Source: an uncultured Planctomycetota bacterium (GTDB lineage: Bacteria; Planctomycetota; Planctomycetia; Isosphaerales; Isosphaeraceae). Taken from it: a DNA stretch of 64,000 nt. Shown piece by piece: positions 41,015 through 51,712 of this stretch (positions are counted from its first letter, which is position 1; every line of letters begins with the position of its first letter). The stretch lies in NCBI GenBank assembly GCA_963823665.1, contig CAWGMQ010000004.1, positions 1,440,001 to 1,504,000 on the forward strand. Direction: 5' to 3'. The notes under the pieces were generated by a model, which saw only the letters and a program-made list of their open reading frames with translations, was not told where the DNA came from and did no database searches. The position numbers and the translations under genes are program-made.

Positions 41015-41299
41015 TCAAAAGAGCAGGGTCAATCCCTCGACTTCGCGGATTTCCGCGTAGATCGCGCGGACCTGTTCGGCTGTCTGTACCGAGATATCCA
41101 GGGTCAATGCAAGGTGGCGACCCGCCGGGGTGGTCCTGACGCTATAATCCAGGTCCGAATGGGCAGCCAGGTGCGAGCACACTGCAGCAACGACCCGTGA
41201 TTCGAAATCTTCATCGGCCCGGCCGATCGCCTTGATCTGGTAGACGCCCGGGAAAAAATGGGTCGATTCCAGCAGCTCGACCGAAGGGCGGTGATCCAT
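41015..41299 (-). CDS. DUF493 (YbeD-like) protein
   Basis: LLESTHFFPGVYQIKAIG...YSVRTTPAGRHLALTL...AEQVRAIY. Confidence 0.85.
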   Translation of the reverse strand: MDHRPSVELLESTHFFPGVYQIKAIGRADEDFESRVVAAVCSHLAAHSDLDYSVRTTPAGRHLALTLDISVQTAEQVRAIYAEIREVEGLTLLF

Positions 41300-41557
41300 G
41301 GCCCGCTCCGAAGCTTGTTCTCGAGGGCTCAAAGAGAAGGAGCGTCGATTACTCTCAACCAACCATCATAGGAAGTTCGCACGCGTTCGCAAAGACGCGA
41401 CTCCAGCACCTCGCGGCGCTCGCAATCTGAGCGATAGCAACCGTGGTCGCGCTCGAGCGGGAGTCGTCACATCGCGGTTGCTTGGGTCTACGACCGATCG
41501 TAGAATGCGGATGTTGCAGACCGTCGTCCGGGCGATAAGGCTCTTGCGGAGTTTCGA

Positions 41558-42118
41558 ATGTCATCCGTGCCTCAGACGGCCGCATCGCTCGATGACCTCC
41601 ACCGCATCGAGGGCAAGGCCGAGCTAATCGCTGGGAGGATTGTCCATCTCAAGCCCACGGGCTTCCGCCCCGGCCAGGTCGGCGGCCGAATCTATCGCAG
41701 TCTCGACGATCATGCCGTCACAACAGGTCGCGGCGTAGCCCTTCCCGACAATGTCGCTTTCGTTGTGCCCGAGCTAGCTTCGGGACGTCAGACGTTCTCC
41801 CCGGACGCCTCTTTTTTCCTCGGCATGCTTCCCTCGGATGAGATGGACTTCATCGAAGGGCCACCGACGCTTGCTGTCGAAGTCCGCAGCAAGGGCGACT
41901 ACGGCAAAGCGGCCGAGGCGTTGATGGCCGGCAAGCGCGCCGACTACTTCGAGGCCGGCACTTCGGTGGTTTGGGACGTCGACCCCAAAGCGGATTTGGT
42001 GCGGGTCTACCGGGCCGCTGCACCGGACCAGCCGACGGTGTTTAGCCGCGGACAGGTGGCGGATGCCGAACCTGCGGTTCCACGATGGCGATTGAGCGTC
42101 GACCTGATTTTTGCCTGA
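41558..42118 (+). CDS. Uma2 family (DUF820) endonuclease-fold protein
   Basis: KAELIAGRIV, SPDASF, PTLAVEVRS, KRADYFEAGTSVVWDVDP. Confidence 0.92.
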   Translation: MSSVPQTAASLDDLHRIEGKAELIAGRIVHLKPTGFRPGQVGGRIYRSLDDHAVTTGRGVALPDNVAFVVPELASGRQTFSPDASFFLGMLPSDEMDFIEGPPTLAVEVRSKGDYGKAAEALMAGKRADYFEAGTSVVWDVDPKADLVRVYRAAAPDQPTVFSRGQVADAEPAVPRWRLSVDLIFA

Positions 42119-42133
42119 CGTCGACCTGATTTT
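42097..42133 (+). repeat. 15-bp direct repeat at the 3' end of the Uma2 gene
   Basis: CGTCGACCTGATTTT at 42097-42111 and 42119-42133. Confidence 0.8.
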
Positions 42134-42161
42134 CTTCCGACTTGGCGTGCCCCACGCATCG

Positions 42162-45060
42162 TCACAATGGCACTTCGAGGCGCGCGAGCTTCGGCGACGA
42201 GGCGACGAGCTTGCCGTCGACGTATAGATCGAGACCCTTACGGACGTCGCCAAAACGATCCGGGGAGCCGGGCAGGGGGGCATCCCACACGATCGTGACG
42301 TCGTGTCCCCGGTATCGCTGGCCGTCCAGGATGAAATAGCTCAGCCGATCCTCCGGCAGGAGCGGGTCAAGCTCGATCACTTGATCGTCACGCGGCACCA
42401 GACCGAGCAGGTCGGGGATCAAAATGTCGAGCCAGGTCGAATGATTGTAGTCGCGCTCGGCTGTCTTCCATTCGCCGGTATCGCCATTGTAGAACTCGCC
42501 CGTCCAGGGATAGAGAAGATCCTGATTGCGGAACTGGGCCTTCGTGAACGATGAGAATAGTTCCCAAAGGTGCTCGGGGCGAAGCGGCGAGCTCGAGACC
42601 TTGTGGTCCCTGGTCGCGCGCAGGGTTCGGGCCATCGCCGTCATCACCAGAGAGTTGGCGTGCGGCCAGGTGGGGCCGTTCCACATACAACCCGCAGCCC
42701 GGCCGTCGCCCGGCCAGTTCTTCTGAGAATAAGCCGGGCAATCCCTCGAAGCCGACGCCACCGGCCACTTCGTCCAGAACTGCTGCGGGTCGATGATCGA
42801 CGACCACGCCCTCTCGTAGCCTTTACCCCAGGGCACCATCCCGAAATAGAACGGATAAACACCGATCACTTCCTTGACCTGGGCGACGGCCTTGTCGCTC
42901 GCCCGCAGCGAGTAGAAGAATTGCTGTTCCGGGCGCCACATCTTTGCCAGGACGGCCGTCCTGATCCTGGCGGCGAGCCGGTCGAATTCCTCGGCCTTCG
43001 CGGGCTGGCCCAGCTTGCGGTAGATTTGCGCGACAGCGACCGCGTTCCCGTAGTTGTAAGCCGTCAGATCGACTCGCTCGAGGCTCACCTGAGCGGCCGG
43101 CTGGCCGAAATCCCTCGAAACCTTAAAATCCGAGAAAAAAAAGAAGGACGGCTGGTACTCCATTCCCGTCCACCAGTGCGAATCGACCAGGAGCAGGCCG
43201 TCCCCGTCGGGGTCGTACTCCTTCTGCCAGCCCCGCACGTTGGCCGCCAGCTTGTCCACAACTGCGGCGAGAAAATGCGGGTCAGGATGAACGAGCTGGC
43301 CCTCCCAGGCGGTCGATGTGATCCAGTCGGTGTACTGGCCGCCGGCGGGACCGCTGGGCAGGACATGGCTGGGATAGACGCCGTCCGATTTCTCATTTTC
43401 AGCCCAGGTTCGCAAATGGCCCTGCCAGCAGGCAGGGTCGCGGAGCCAGCGGGCCTCTCGCACCTGGTGGGCTGCGCCGTAGCTGATGACGTTCGGATAC
43501 CACGTGCTCCGCCACCGGCCTTCACTCTGCGTCGGCCACTGCATCCTCCCGAGCTTGGGCTCGAGCATGTTCTTATGGAGCACATAGGCACGGTGGTAAT
43601 ACATCTTTCTGATGAACGGATCGGAGCAATCGAAGTAAGCCAGGTTCGAGTCGAACCAGGATTGATAATCTCTGATCTGAGTGGCGGGCAAGTCGCGCGA
43701 ATCCTGGTCTTCGGCTTTGATTAACAGGGTACGATCGGTGGCCGGCTTGAGCACGGAATCGATCCGCGCAGGTTCATTGTCGGGCCGGATTTCGAATGCT
43801 GCCTTGAAGACCTTGGTCTTGCCCGGCTGGATGTGATGGCCGAAAAGCCGATAGAGCGACGACCCCAGCGCGAGCATCGGCTTGGCGAAACCAGCGAATG
43901 CGGCGGTTCTCCCCTGGCTGGCTCCGGCAACCTTGAGCGGGCGAGGCGGGTCGTCGAGAACCGCGTAGCGGAATCGGAGCGCGAGCGGCCGGCCGAGCAG
44001 TGGTTTTTGGCCTTCAAGCGACAGCGACCTCGGCTCTCGGCCTGTGACCTCGCCGTCTTCACGCATGATGAGACCCGAGGCCGTCTTGACGTCCCAGTAT
44101 TCCAGCGGCGTGCCCAGGTCGACCATGGGATCAACGTAGATCGTCTGGACCTCGGCCGTCGGGTTATGCACTCGCACGATCGAAACCAGGATGTCGGACT
44201 TGGTAATGAACTTGTCGCCCGAGATCGCGAGGGGGCAGGTCTGCGGCGGAATCGGCTCGCTCGGGTCCCGGAGCGGCCGCACGCCGTAGAGACCGGTATA
44301 AAAACGGTCGCCCGCGTGGCGGAACTGGAAGCGAAACCCGCTGGCGACCACTGGTTCGAATCTTACTCGGTTGTCGCCCGGGCCCGGGCCGCTCGGGAAC
44401 GGCCTGGCTGGATGTGATCGTGTTCCACGCGGCGGTCGTTTGATCGAAGGTTTGCACCTCAAAAGACGCGGGCGGGCGGCATTCGCCCGAGGGCGAATCA
44501 TCGAAGAAGAACAGGTCGAAACCGCTGATCTTCCGTGGTACGCCGAAGTCGACTTCGAACCAGTCGCTTCGTTTGCCGCTTGACCAGCACGTCCAGCGCT
44601 TCTCGGGAACGAACGGAGCCGAGAGCGGATTCTCGACACGATCGAGCGCGAACGTGAACGAGGCGGCGGCCGCCATCTCCTGCCGGACGACGCCCTCGTA
44701 ATGAATGTGGCTGGGAAAGTAGGTGGCCTTCTCTGGCCGCAGCAAGCCGTGTTCGTCACGCAGCTCGAGGTCGAAGGCGCGCAAATTCGTCAAGTAGAGC
44801 CACTGGACGTCATCGCGGAAGGCCCATCCCTGCGGGCTCGAGGCCCAGAGGCGATCGCCCGTGCAGCCCAGGGGGACTTCGCGATCGAATGGGCGCGACA
44901 GGATCTCGTCGATCGCGAAGGCGCTTGTCGCGAAGACTCGGCCGGGGCGACGAAGCTCGGTCGCTTGTGCGCGGATCGGGCCGGGCAAGCTGAGACAAAC
45001 GACTGATGCCCAGAGGAGGATGGATGGCCCGCTCAACGTCAACGACTGAAGGCGCACCAT
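42162..45060 (-). CDS. Secreted glycoside hydrolase (GH63/MGH1-like (alpha/alpha)6 domain) with discoidin (F5/8-like) domain; indel at about 44385
   Basis: Signal peptide and RWTCWSS...DWFEVDFG discoidin motif in ORF 44164..45060. Catalytic-domain motifs (TGMEY, CMWNGPTWP, EFYN, YNHS) in ORF 42162..44759. Confidence 0.8.
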
Positions 45061-45207
45061 GACCGCCTCTCCTGTCGTGGGAGTCTTTTCTTCGGGTGAC
45101 CTGGAGTCATTCCTCCGAATCGCTCGGGTCCCGCCATCGATGTCGAGGAGAACGAGGGATGAGTCGGAATGGGAAGGCTTAACGAGCTGCGGGGGGATCA
45201 GATCGCG

Positions 45208-45296
45208 TTATTTCTTGCGATGTCGAATCCTGCTGCGCATCCGGCGCTCTTGCGCCCCACTTTACGACGTCCTTTGCCTCGTCGACGACTGGCCAT
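45208..45296 (-). CDS. Very small Arg/Lys-rich protein (29 aa after repairing one missing A): MASRRRGKGRRKVGRKKRRMRSRIRHRKK
   Basis: GAGGAG SD 5 nt before ATG 45296. The span is 89 nt from ATG to TAA, one base short of 30 codons. Dedicated promoter upstream. Confidence 0.7.
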
Positions 45297-45380
45297 GCTT
45301 TCTCCTCTGGCGGCACCGAGATGCCCTGAATCCGCGCGGAACGAAACCGAGAACACGATCGTTCTTGAACGAAAGTGCAG

Positions 45381-45410
45381 ATTCTATCCGGAAATCGGCT
45401 TGGGGCTCAA
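45381..45410 (-). promoter_or_regulatory. Sigma70-type promoter for the small basic protein
   Basis: TTGAGC(45410-45405)-N18-TAGAAT(45386-45381). Same layout as the glyA promoter. Confidence 0.55.
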
Positions 45411-45478
45411 GGTCTAGGTGAGCGCTCAACACCAATGAGGCCGAATTGCGCGAATCGCACGAACGATCAAATCGCCGC

Positions 45479-46399
45479 TCAGATCTTCCGCGCAGACCAA
45501 TCAATTGCGGAAATCCTGGCGAGCGCGAGTAAGAGGGCGTGCGTCCCTTTTCGGGCATATCCTTGTGCTTCGACGGCGCGGTAAAGCTGCTCGGCAAGGG
45601 CTAACCCGGGCAAGCAGAGCTTCATCCGCCGCGCTTCGGCCAGCGCGATCCCCATGTCTTTCAGAAAATGCTCGACGAAAAATCCCGGCTCGAAATTGCC
45701 CGCGATCGCGCGGGGGGCGAGATTGCTCAGGCTCCAGGATCCCGCGGCCCCCGTGGAAACACTCTGGAGCACGACGTTCAGGTCGAGCCCGGCCTTGTAC
45801 GCGTAGAGCAATGCCTCGCAGACACCGATCATGTTCGTGGCGATCAGAATCTGGTTCACCATCTTGGTGTGCTGACCGGAACCGGCAGGGCCCTGGTAAA
45901 TGATGGTCTTGCCCATCTTGTCGAAGAGCGGCGTGAGGGCGTCAAAGACGGGCTTCTCGCCCCCAACCATGATCGAAAGCCGGGCCTCGCGCGCGCCGAC
46001 GTCGCCACCGGAGACCGGCGCATCGACCGAATGCACGCTCTTTGCCTTGGCGGCTTGATCGATCTCGACTGCCAGCGCCGGCTCGCTCGTTGTCATATCG
46101 ACCAGCACCGCGCCGGCTCGCGCGCCGGCAAGGACGCCGTTCTCCCCGAGCACGACCTCACGCACGTCTTTGGGATAACCTACGATCATGAAAACGACGT
46201 CGGACGCCTGTGCGACCGCTCGAGGCGAATCCAGCAGCTTGGCCCCTTTTTCGACTAGCGCCTTGGTCTTCTCCGCCGACCGGTTGTAAACCGACGCCTT
46301 GTAACCAGCCGCCACCAGATGGCCGCACATCGACGAGCCCATCACTCCGGTGCCAATCCAGCCGATCCGCGTTTTCTCAGGGGTGAATTCCAGTGTCAT
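45479..46399 (-). CDS. NAD(P)-dependent beta-hydroxyacid dehydrogenase (3-hydroxyisobutyrate / tartronate semialdehyde reductase family)
   Basis: [41 protein letters not shown]. Confidence 0.95.
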   Translation of the reverse strand: MTLEFTPEKTRIGWIGTGVMGSSMCGHLVAAGYKASVYNRSAEKTKALVEKGAKLLDSPRAVAQASDVVFMIVGYPKDVREVVLGENGVLAGARAGAVLVDMTTSEPALAVEIDQAAKAKSVHSVDAPVSGGDVGAREARLSIMVGGEKPVFDALTPLFDKMGKTIIYQGPAGSGQHTKMVNQILIATNMIGVCEALLYAYKAGLDLNVVLQSVSTGAAGSWSLSNLAPRAIAGNFEPGFFVEHFLKDMGIALAEARRMKLCLPGLALAEQLYRAVEAQGYARKGTHALLLALARISAIDWSARKI

Positions 46400-46644
46400 C
46401 GCAGGCTCCGGGAATCAATTGATCGATGCCAAGCTGGATGGTACTAAGCCGGCGAACAACCCGCAACGGACCGCCGGGATGAGAGGCGCGGGCCGAAACG
46501 AATTGTCTCAAACATTGTGCAGAATTGCCGCGGCGTAAGCCGATTATCCGCAAAGGGCGATTGTGCCGGTTGCATGACCTGGTTCGGTTGCGCGCGCCTT
46601 CGGCGCATCGAGTGTCCAGGCGAAACCTCCCTCAGGTGGTTCTG

Positions 46645-48507
46645 ATGACGCGTATCCCGCTCTACATGCTTGCAACATATCTGGTCATTGCGACCAGCAA
46701 GCCTGCCATCGGTGACGAGCCTCAGGGTGTTGATCGAGTAAATCAAGCGAGTGGTGAACCGCCGGCCGCGTCAATTTTCCAGGGGATCAGCCGCAGTGGA
46801 GTCGCGCAGCAGGTGCCGCCCGGATCAAGGGTCGGAACAGGAACCGGAACGAATCAATCCAGCAAGATCGGATCTCCGCCGGCATCGTCGAGCGGTTCGG
46901 GTACGACCGAGAAGAAGCCTGCCACTCGAACAACTCAGCGGCGAGTTTCGATCCCACCGCCGAGCACCGAGTGGCGAGCAACCGGGAATGGTCGCGAAAC
47001 ACGAAGCGCTGATACCAAGATTCGTCGAGCTCAGACAGGGCCCGGCAGCTTGGACCCGATGGCCAATCCACTCGTCGGCGGCAGTACCTCTTCGACCCAG
47101 CCGCGCACCAGGCTGCTCGCGGACAGCCTGGTCGGCGGACAGCCGATTGCCATGCAGGCCGCGCTCTACGGAGCGGTCACGAGCAACCCCGATCTGGTGA
47201 CTCTGCGCGAAGGAAATGCACTCGCCGCGTCGGCAGAAGCGGTCGAGGTGGCCAGGCATTTTCCGACCACGCTCAACCCGACCGTATGGCTCGACTATCG
47301 CCCGATCACTCTGGTTCCCAACGGAACCTTCGGGACGGGTCAAACACACGGCACCGCGTCAGGAAATAACTATTATCACTATGGCCAGAACTACTTTTAC
47401 GCCTCGTTGCGGCAACCGGTGGAACTGGGGCATCAGACTACCCATCGTTACCACATCGCTCAGGCCGCTTACGAGCAACAGAAATGGCTTGTCGTTCAAG
47501 CCGAGCTGACCACGCTCGTCCAGACCTATCGCTTTTTCCAGACGGCCGCCTATCGCCGAGAGAAATACCGCCTGGCTCAGGATCTGGCCGACTTCAACGA
47601 TCGCTTGCAGGAAACGCTCGAGCGACGAATGGAGGCCAACCAGGTTCAGGTGGCCGACGTCGCGCTCGGACGGGTAGAAAGCCGGGCCACGCGACTACAG
47701 GTCAAGGCAGCAAAACAGGATTACTTCATCGCGCTGACCGACCTGCGCAACCAGATTGGCATACCCGAGCAGGCCGGGGCGTTCGAGCCGCTGGGTGAGT
47801 TCACTGTCCCTCCGTATATTCCGCCGGTCGACGAACAGGTGATGGTGGAGGAAGCAATCCGGCAACGCCCGGACATTCAGGCAGCCCGCGCCCAGGTTTC
47901 CGGCACTCATTCCGCCGTCAGCCTGGCCAAGGGAGATCGAATCCCTACCCCGATCATCGGCCCGGAATACGAGATGGACGAGGCCGGCGTGCAGTACATC
48001 GGGTTTGTTCTGATCTCTCCGATGCCGATCTGGAACAGCGGCAAGCCCCTGGTGCTTCAGCGGGAGGCCGAACATCGGCGGGCGGTCGTGGCCTACAAAG
48101 AAGCCCAGCAACGTGCCGCCGCGCAAGTGCGCGCCGCTGTCGCCAAGTGGAACGGTGCAACCGAGCTCGTCAACGATTCAGCCGGCCTCACCAACGATCT
48201 GAGCGTGGAAGTGAAAAAAATGGAGCAGCTCTTCGAGCGAAACCAAGCTGACCTGACCAAGCTGATGCAGGCGAGGCAGCGATTGATTCAACTGGAGAAC
48301 TCTCGTCTGGATGCCGTCTGGCAGGCCACTCAAGCTCAGGCCGACCTGTTGCTGGCTCTGGGAATACCATCCATGATCAACGACATGATCAACCGCACTG
48401 AACGTGACGCAGCACCCGGTCCGTCTCGACCAGCGGCGGCTGAGCCCGGCCCAGGTGTAATAGGCGACCCGTCCGCACCTCGCAGGCCTGGAGCCATGCA
48501 GCCCTGA
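46645..48507 (+). CDS. TolC/CzcC-family outer membrane efflux protein with long low-complexity N-terminus
   Basis: NPDL, LRQPVELG, RPDIQAAR, SPMPIWNSG and long helical repeats. Convergent with the RND operon. Confidence 0.85.
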   Translation: MTRIPLYMLATYLVIATSKPAIGDEPQGVDRVNQASGEPPAASIFQGISRSGVAQQVPPGSRVGTGTGTNQSSKIGSPPASSSGSGTTEKKPATRTTQRRVSIPPPSTEWRATGNGRETRSADTKIRRAQTGPGSLDPMANPLVGGSTSSTQPRTRLLADSLVGGQPIAMQAALYGAVTSNPDLVTLREGNALAASAEAVEVARHFPTTLNPTVWLDYRPITLVPNGTFGTGQTHGTASGNNYYHYGQNYFYASLRQPVELGHQTTHRYHIAQAAYEQQKWLVVQAELTTLVQTYRFFQTAAYRREKYRLAQDLADFNDRLQETLERRMEANQVQVADVALGRVESRATRLQVKAAKQDYFIALTDLRNQIGIPEQAGAFEPLGEFTVPPYIPPVDEQVMVEEAIRQRPDIQAARAQVSGTHSAVSLAKGDRIPTPIIGPEYEMDEAGVQYIGFVLISPMPIWNSGKPLVLQREAEHRRAVVAYKEAQQRAAAQVRAAVAKWNGATELVNDSAGLTNDLSVEVKKMEQLFERNQADLTKLMQARQRLIQLENSRLDAVWQATQAQADLLLALGIPSMINDMINRTERDAAPGPSRPAAAEPGPGVIGDPSAPRRPGAMQP

Positions 48508-48526
48508 CGCAGCAAGACGGTCATCA

Positions 48527-49309
48527 TCACTCGTCAGGTCGCATCCCATGCACTTTACTCGGTTCGTGCAAATAGCGCACGACGTGCACATCTTCCACCA
48601 CGATCAGCCCACCGCCGAGCATCTCGTCAAGGACCGGCAACAGGCGCTCGATCTCCTCCGGCTTGTCGACGATTTCGATCTTTTCCGGGAGGTCGTCGGA
48701 AAGGCCCAGCAAATGGGCCTTGTGGATGACGGAGTGCTTGCCGAAGCCCATGACGCCGCGCGTGACTGTGGCCCCCGCCATGCCCAGCTTGCGGCATTGT
48801 TCGACGATCGCGATGGCCAGATTACGACTGCCCCAAGTGTCGGCGCTGCCGACATAGACCGTTACACGCCTCCCCTCGCCTTCGATCTTCATGTGAATCG
48901 TGCCCTCCGCTTCGGCGACTCGCCTCGTGCGCGACAGTGGGTCCGTCGTGGTTTCGATCAGTTCCTCTTGCTCGCGCTCGGACCCGTGGGTATAGCGATG
49001 CACGCGGGCCGGGCTGATGACGACGAGGCCCTCGGCGACCATAGTCTCCAGTTCCGCGACCAGCGCCGTGACTCGCTCGGCCGCATCGACGACCTCGACC
49101 ACGATGGGGATGTCGAAGGACGCATACTCGCTCGCGATATCGTGGAGCTGCCGGTGCGAGCCGTAGCCGAGCTCGACGGGGAATACGGAGGCGCCGGCCA
49201 GGTGGCGGCGGCGTGCCGCCTCGACGATCGCGCGATAGAGCGGCGCCCCGTGCCACTTTTCGATGGCCTTGCAGTAGACGCGGAGGAGTCTCGCTTCCTG
49301 AGGGATCAT
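48527..49309 (-). CDS. Tandem (double) DUF190 protein
   Basis: Two repeats: LLRVYC...LAGASVF...GYG...DIPIVVEVVD and VTVYVG...MAGATVTRGVMGFG...LSDDLPEKIEIVD. Confidence 0.92.
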   Translation of the reverse strand: MIPQEARLLRVYCKAIEKWHGAPLYRAIVEAARRRHLAGASVFPVELGYGSHRQLHDIASEYASFDIPIVVEVVDAAERVTALVAELETMVAEGLVVISPARVHRYTHGSEREQEELIETTTDPLSRTRRVAEAEGTIHMKIEGEGRRVTVYVGSADTWGSRNLAIAIVEQCRKLGMAGATVTRGVMGFGKHSVIHKAHLLGLSDDLPEKIEIVDKPEEIERLLPVLDEMLGGGLIVVEDVHVVRYLHEPSKVHGMRPDE

Positions 49310-49554
49310 CGCTGGCTCCCGTCGTTCGCACCGCGCTGGCCAAGAGCCCTGCCGGCTGCCTCAACGTTCGCGGCGATCGTTTGGCCCTCGTCGGTTCGAG
49401 CAGGGTCCGATTGCTCCGCCACAATCGGCTCGACCCTCTGAGAGCCGGCAATGCCTGCTTCGATCGCGGGCTTCGCCAGCCCCCGGGCCTGGGCGGTCCC
49501 CAACACGACCACCCCGAATCCGGCTGCCACGCTCCCGATCAGGCTCGCCGCCAT
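49306..49554 (-). pseudogene. crcB: 3' remnant of crcB/fluC fluoride channel (last TM helix plus tail)
   Basis: ASLIGSVAAGFGVVVLGTAQARGL resembles the final CrcB helix. It sits between a fluoride-riboswitch remnant and DUF190 (ATGA overlap), the usual crcB position. Confidence 0.55.
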
Positions 49555-49595
49555 CGTCAGCCGCTGTGGCGGCGGTTATGGCGAATCCCATCGCC
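49553..49595 (-). promoter_or_regulatory. Fluoride (crcB) riboswitch, 3'-truncated
   Basis: Minus strand GGCG-AT-GGGAT-T-CGCC-ATAACC-GCCGC-caca-GCGGC-TGACG-AT matches the P1/L1/P2 layout of the motif. The 3' pseudoknot strand (expected ATCCC or ATTCC followed by TAC) is replaced by ATGGC. Confidence 0.8.
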
Positions 49596-51009
49596 ATCGT
49601 TGAGTCTATCTTGCCCGGGTCGACTGTCAACTGTCGCGATCGGAAACTCGACGCTGACTGTGCAGCCGTTGCCGGCGTTGTTCCTTACCGTGATATGCCC
49701 CCCGTGAGCCTCGGTGATCGAGCGGCAGATGGCCAGTCCAAGGCCCGTTCCATCGACTGCCTGGCTGCGTGACGGATCGGCGCGGTAGAAACGATCAAAC
49801 ACGCGAGGTAGGTCAGCGTCTGGAATCCCGGCCCCCGAATCCGACACGATAACATTTATACTTCCGTTTGATAAATCACTGGATACCTTGATCAGTCCAC
49901 CGGCCGGGGTGAATTTGATGGCGTTGTCGATGACGTTGAAGAATAGCTGGCGCAGGCGGTCGGCCTCGCCGTAAACCAAGCATGGACGGAAGTTCGGCGC
50001 CTCGAGCTGCAATCCCTTCTCTTTGGCCACCACGTGCATGTGGTTCGTCGCGTCGAGAACGATCTCGTCCAGGCGAACCAACAAGCGTGGCCCTGGCGGC
50101 AGCCCGGCGTCCTCACGGCAGAGGAAGAGCAGTTGGGTGACGAGGCGAGTCAGCCTTTCGATTTCTTCCAGCATGCTCTCCAGAACTCGCTCGTCGTTTT
50201 CGGGTGAGCGAGGGGCGCGCAGGGCGACCTCCGCATCGGTGCGCATGGACGCCAGAGGTGTTCGCAGCTCGTGGGCCGCGTCGGCGGTGAACCGCCGGAT
50301 TTCGTCGAAGGAGCGCTGCAGACGTGCGATCATGTCGTTGAACGTGTTCGCCAGCCGCCCCAGTTCATCACTCGAATTCGGGGCGGTCAGCCGCCGATCC
50401 AGCCGCGTTAGAGTAATCTCCTTCGCGGTGGCGACCATTCGATCCACCGGGGCGAGAGCCTTGCGAGCCAGCAGGTATCCGCCTCCGAGCGCACCCGCCA
50501 CGACCGGTGGGACTGTCAAGAGCAGCACGACCAGAGAGCTCCCTCAGTGCACGCTCGTTGGGCGCCAGCGACACGACCGCCTGGACGATGAGCGGTTCTG
50601 CAGGGCCCGAGATATGCCTCTGCGCCGAGCGCACCGGCCCGAGGCCGTCCAGCATGAGGCTGGTGTGGGCCGGCGATGCTGGCACCTCTCCTGCCGGGAT
50701 CGGCAGCCCACGCGGACCGAGACCGTCGCTACGGAACAGGACCGCGCCGTTCTGGCTGCTTACCTGGAACTCGTAGCCGTCAACGCTGGCATAACGCGGG
50801 CCGAGCTCTCGAGCAATGTCGTCCGGTCTCCCGCAGCGGAGGACATCGCCGGAGATGTCAGCCAGCTCCTCGGCCAGTGCAACGTCCGTCAAGGCGAGCA
50901 GGTCATGTCGCATCAACCAATAGACGGCGCCGCTGAAGCCGACAAGGATCGCCGACAGGACGAAGCCGTACCAGAGAGTAAGCGACCACCTGATGCTCAG
51001 TCGCTTCAT
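49557..51009 (-). CDS. CusS/CzcS-like sensor histidine kinase (HAMP-HisKA-HATPase); indel at about 50530
   Basis: Two TM helices, DELGRLANTFN, FTADAAHELRTPL, NVIDNAIKFT, DSGAGI, GTGLGLAI. Confidence 0.93.
49603..49630 (-). promoter_or_regulatory. Sigma70 promoter driving the riboswitch transcript, embedded in the kinase 3' end
   Basis: TTGACA(49630-49625)-N16-TAGACT(49608-49603). Seven nt separate the -10 from the first base of the riboswitch. Confidence 0.65.
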
Positions 51010-51707
51010 GATCCCTCTTTCAGAGCGTATCCGATGCCGCGCAGGGTGTGGATCAATTGCCGGCAGCCCGGATGCTCCACTTTCTTTCGCAGCGCGCTCA
51101 TGTATACGTCGATGATCCGCGTCATGGCCCCGGTCGTCTCTTTCCAGACCTCTCGGGCGATCATGTCGCGGGTGACGGCTTCATTCTTGTTCCTGAGGAG
51201 GTATTCGAGCAACTCATATTCCCTGCCGGTCAGTTCGATAGCCGCTCCGCGCCGAGTGACGCGCCGCGCTAGCAGGTCCATCTGCAAATCGTCCGCGCGC
51301 AGGAACAGCTCGCGCTCGGTGAAGTCGCGGCGCAGCAGGGCCCGGAGCCGCGCCAGCAGTTCGGCGAACGCAAACGGCTTGACGAGATAATCGTTCGCCC
51401 CGCTATCCAGGCCTTGAACTCGTTCTTCGACCGAATCGAGGGCCGTCAGGATCAGGATTGGTTTGGCGAAGCCGCTGGCACGGAGATCTCGCAGCACGTC
51501 CAGGCCGTGCCGGCCCGGAAGCATCAGGTCGAGCACCATGGCGTCGATCGTGCCGGCCATGGCTGCGTGGAGCCCCGCCGTCCCGGTCGACGCCGCGACG
51601 ACTTCGTACCCTTCGGCCTCGAGGCCGCGTTGAAGGCTCTCGAGGTGCTTCTGTTGATCTTCGACCACGAGCACGCAAGCCACGGTTGGCCTCTTTGCTG
51701 CACGCAT
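51006..51707 (-). CDS. OmpR-family response regulator (CusR/CzcR-like)
   Basis: VLVVED, VLDLMLPG, GANDYLVKPF, LTGREYELLEYL, IHTLRGIGY. Confidence 0.95.
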   Translation of the reverse strand: MRAAKRPTVACVLVVEDQQKHLESLQRGLEAEGYEVVAASTGTAGLHAAMAGTIDAMVLDLMLPGRHGLDVLRDLRASGFAKPILILTALDSVEERVQGLDSGANDYLVKPFAFAELLARLRALLRRDFTERELFLRADDLQMDLLARRVTRRGAAIELTGREYELLEYLLRNKNEAVTRDMIAREVWKETTGAMTRIIDVYMSALRKKVEHPGCRQLIHTLRGIGYALKEGS

Positions 51708-51712
51708 GGTGC

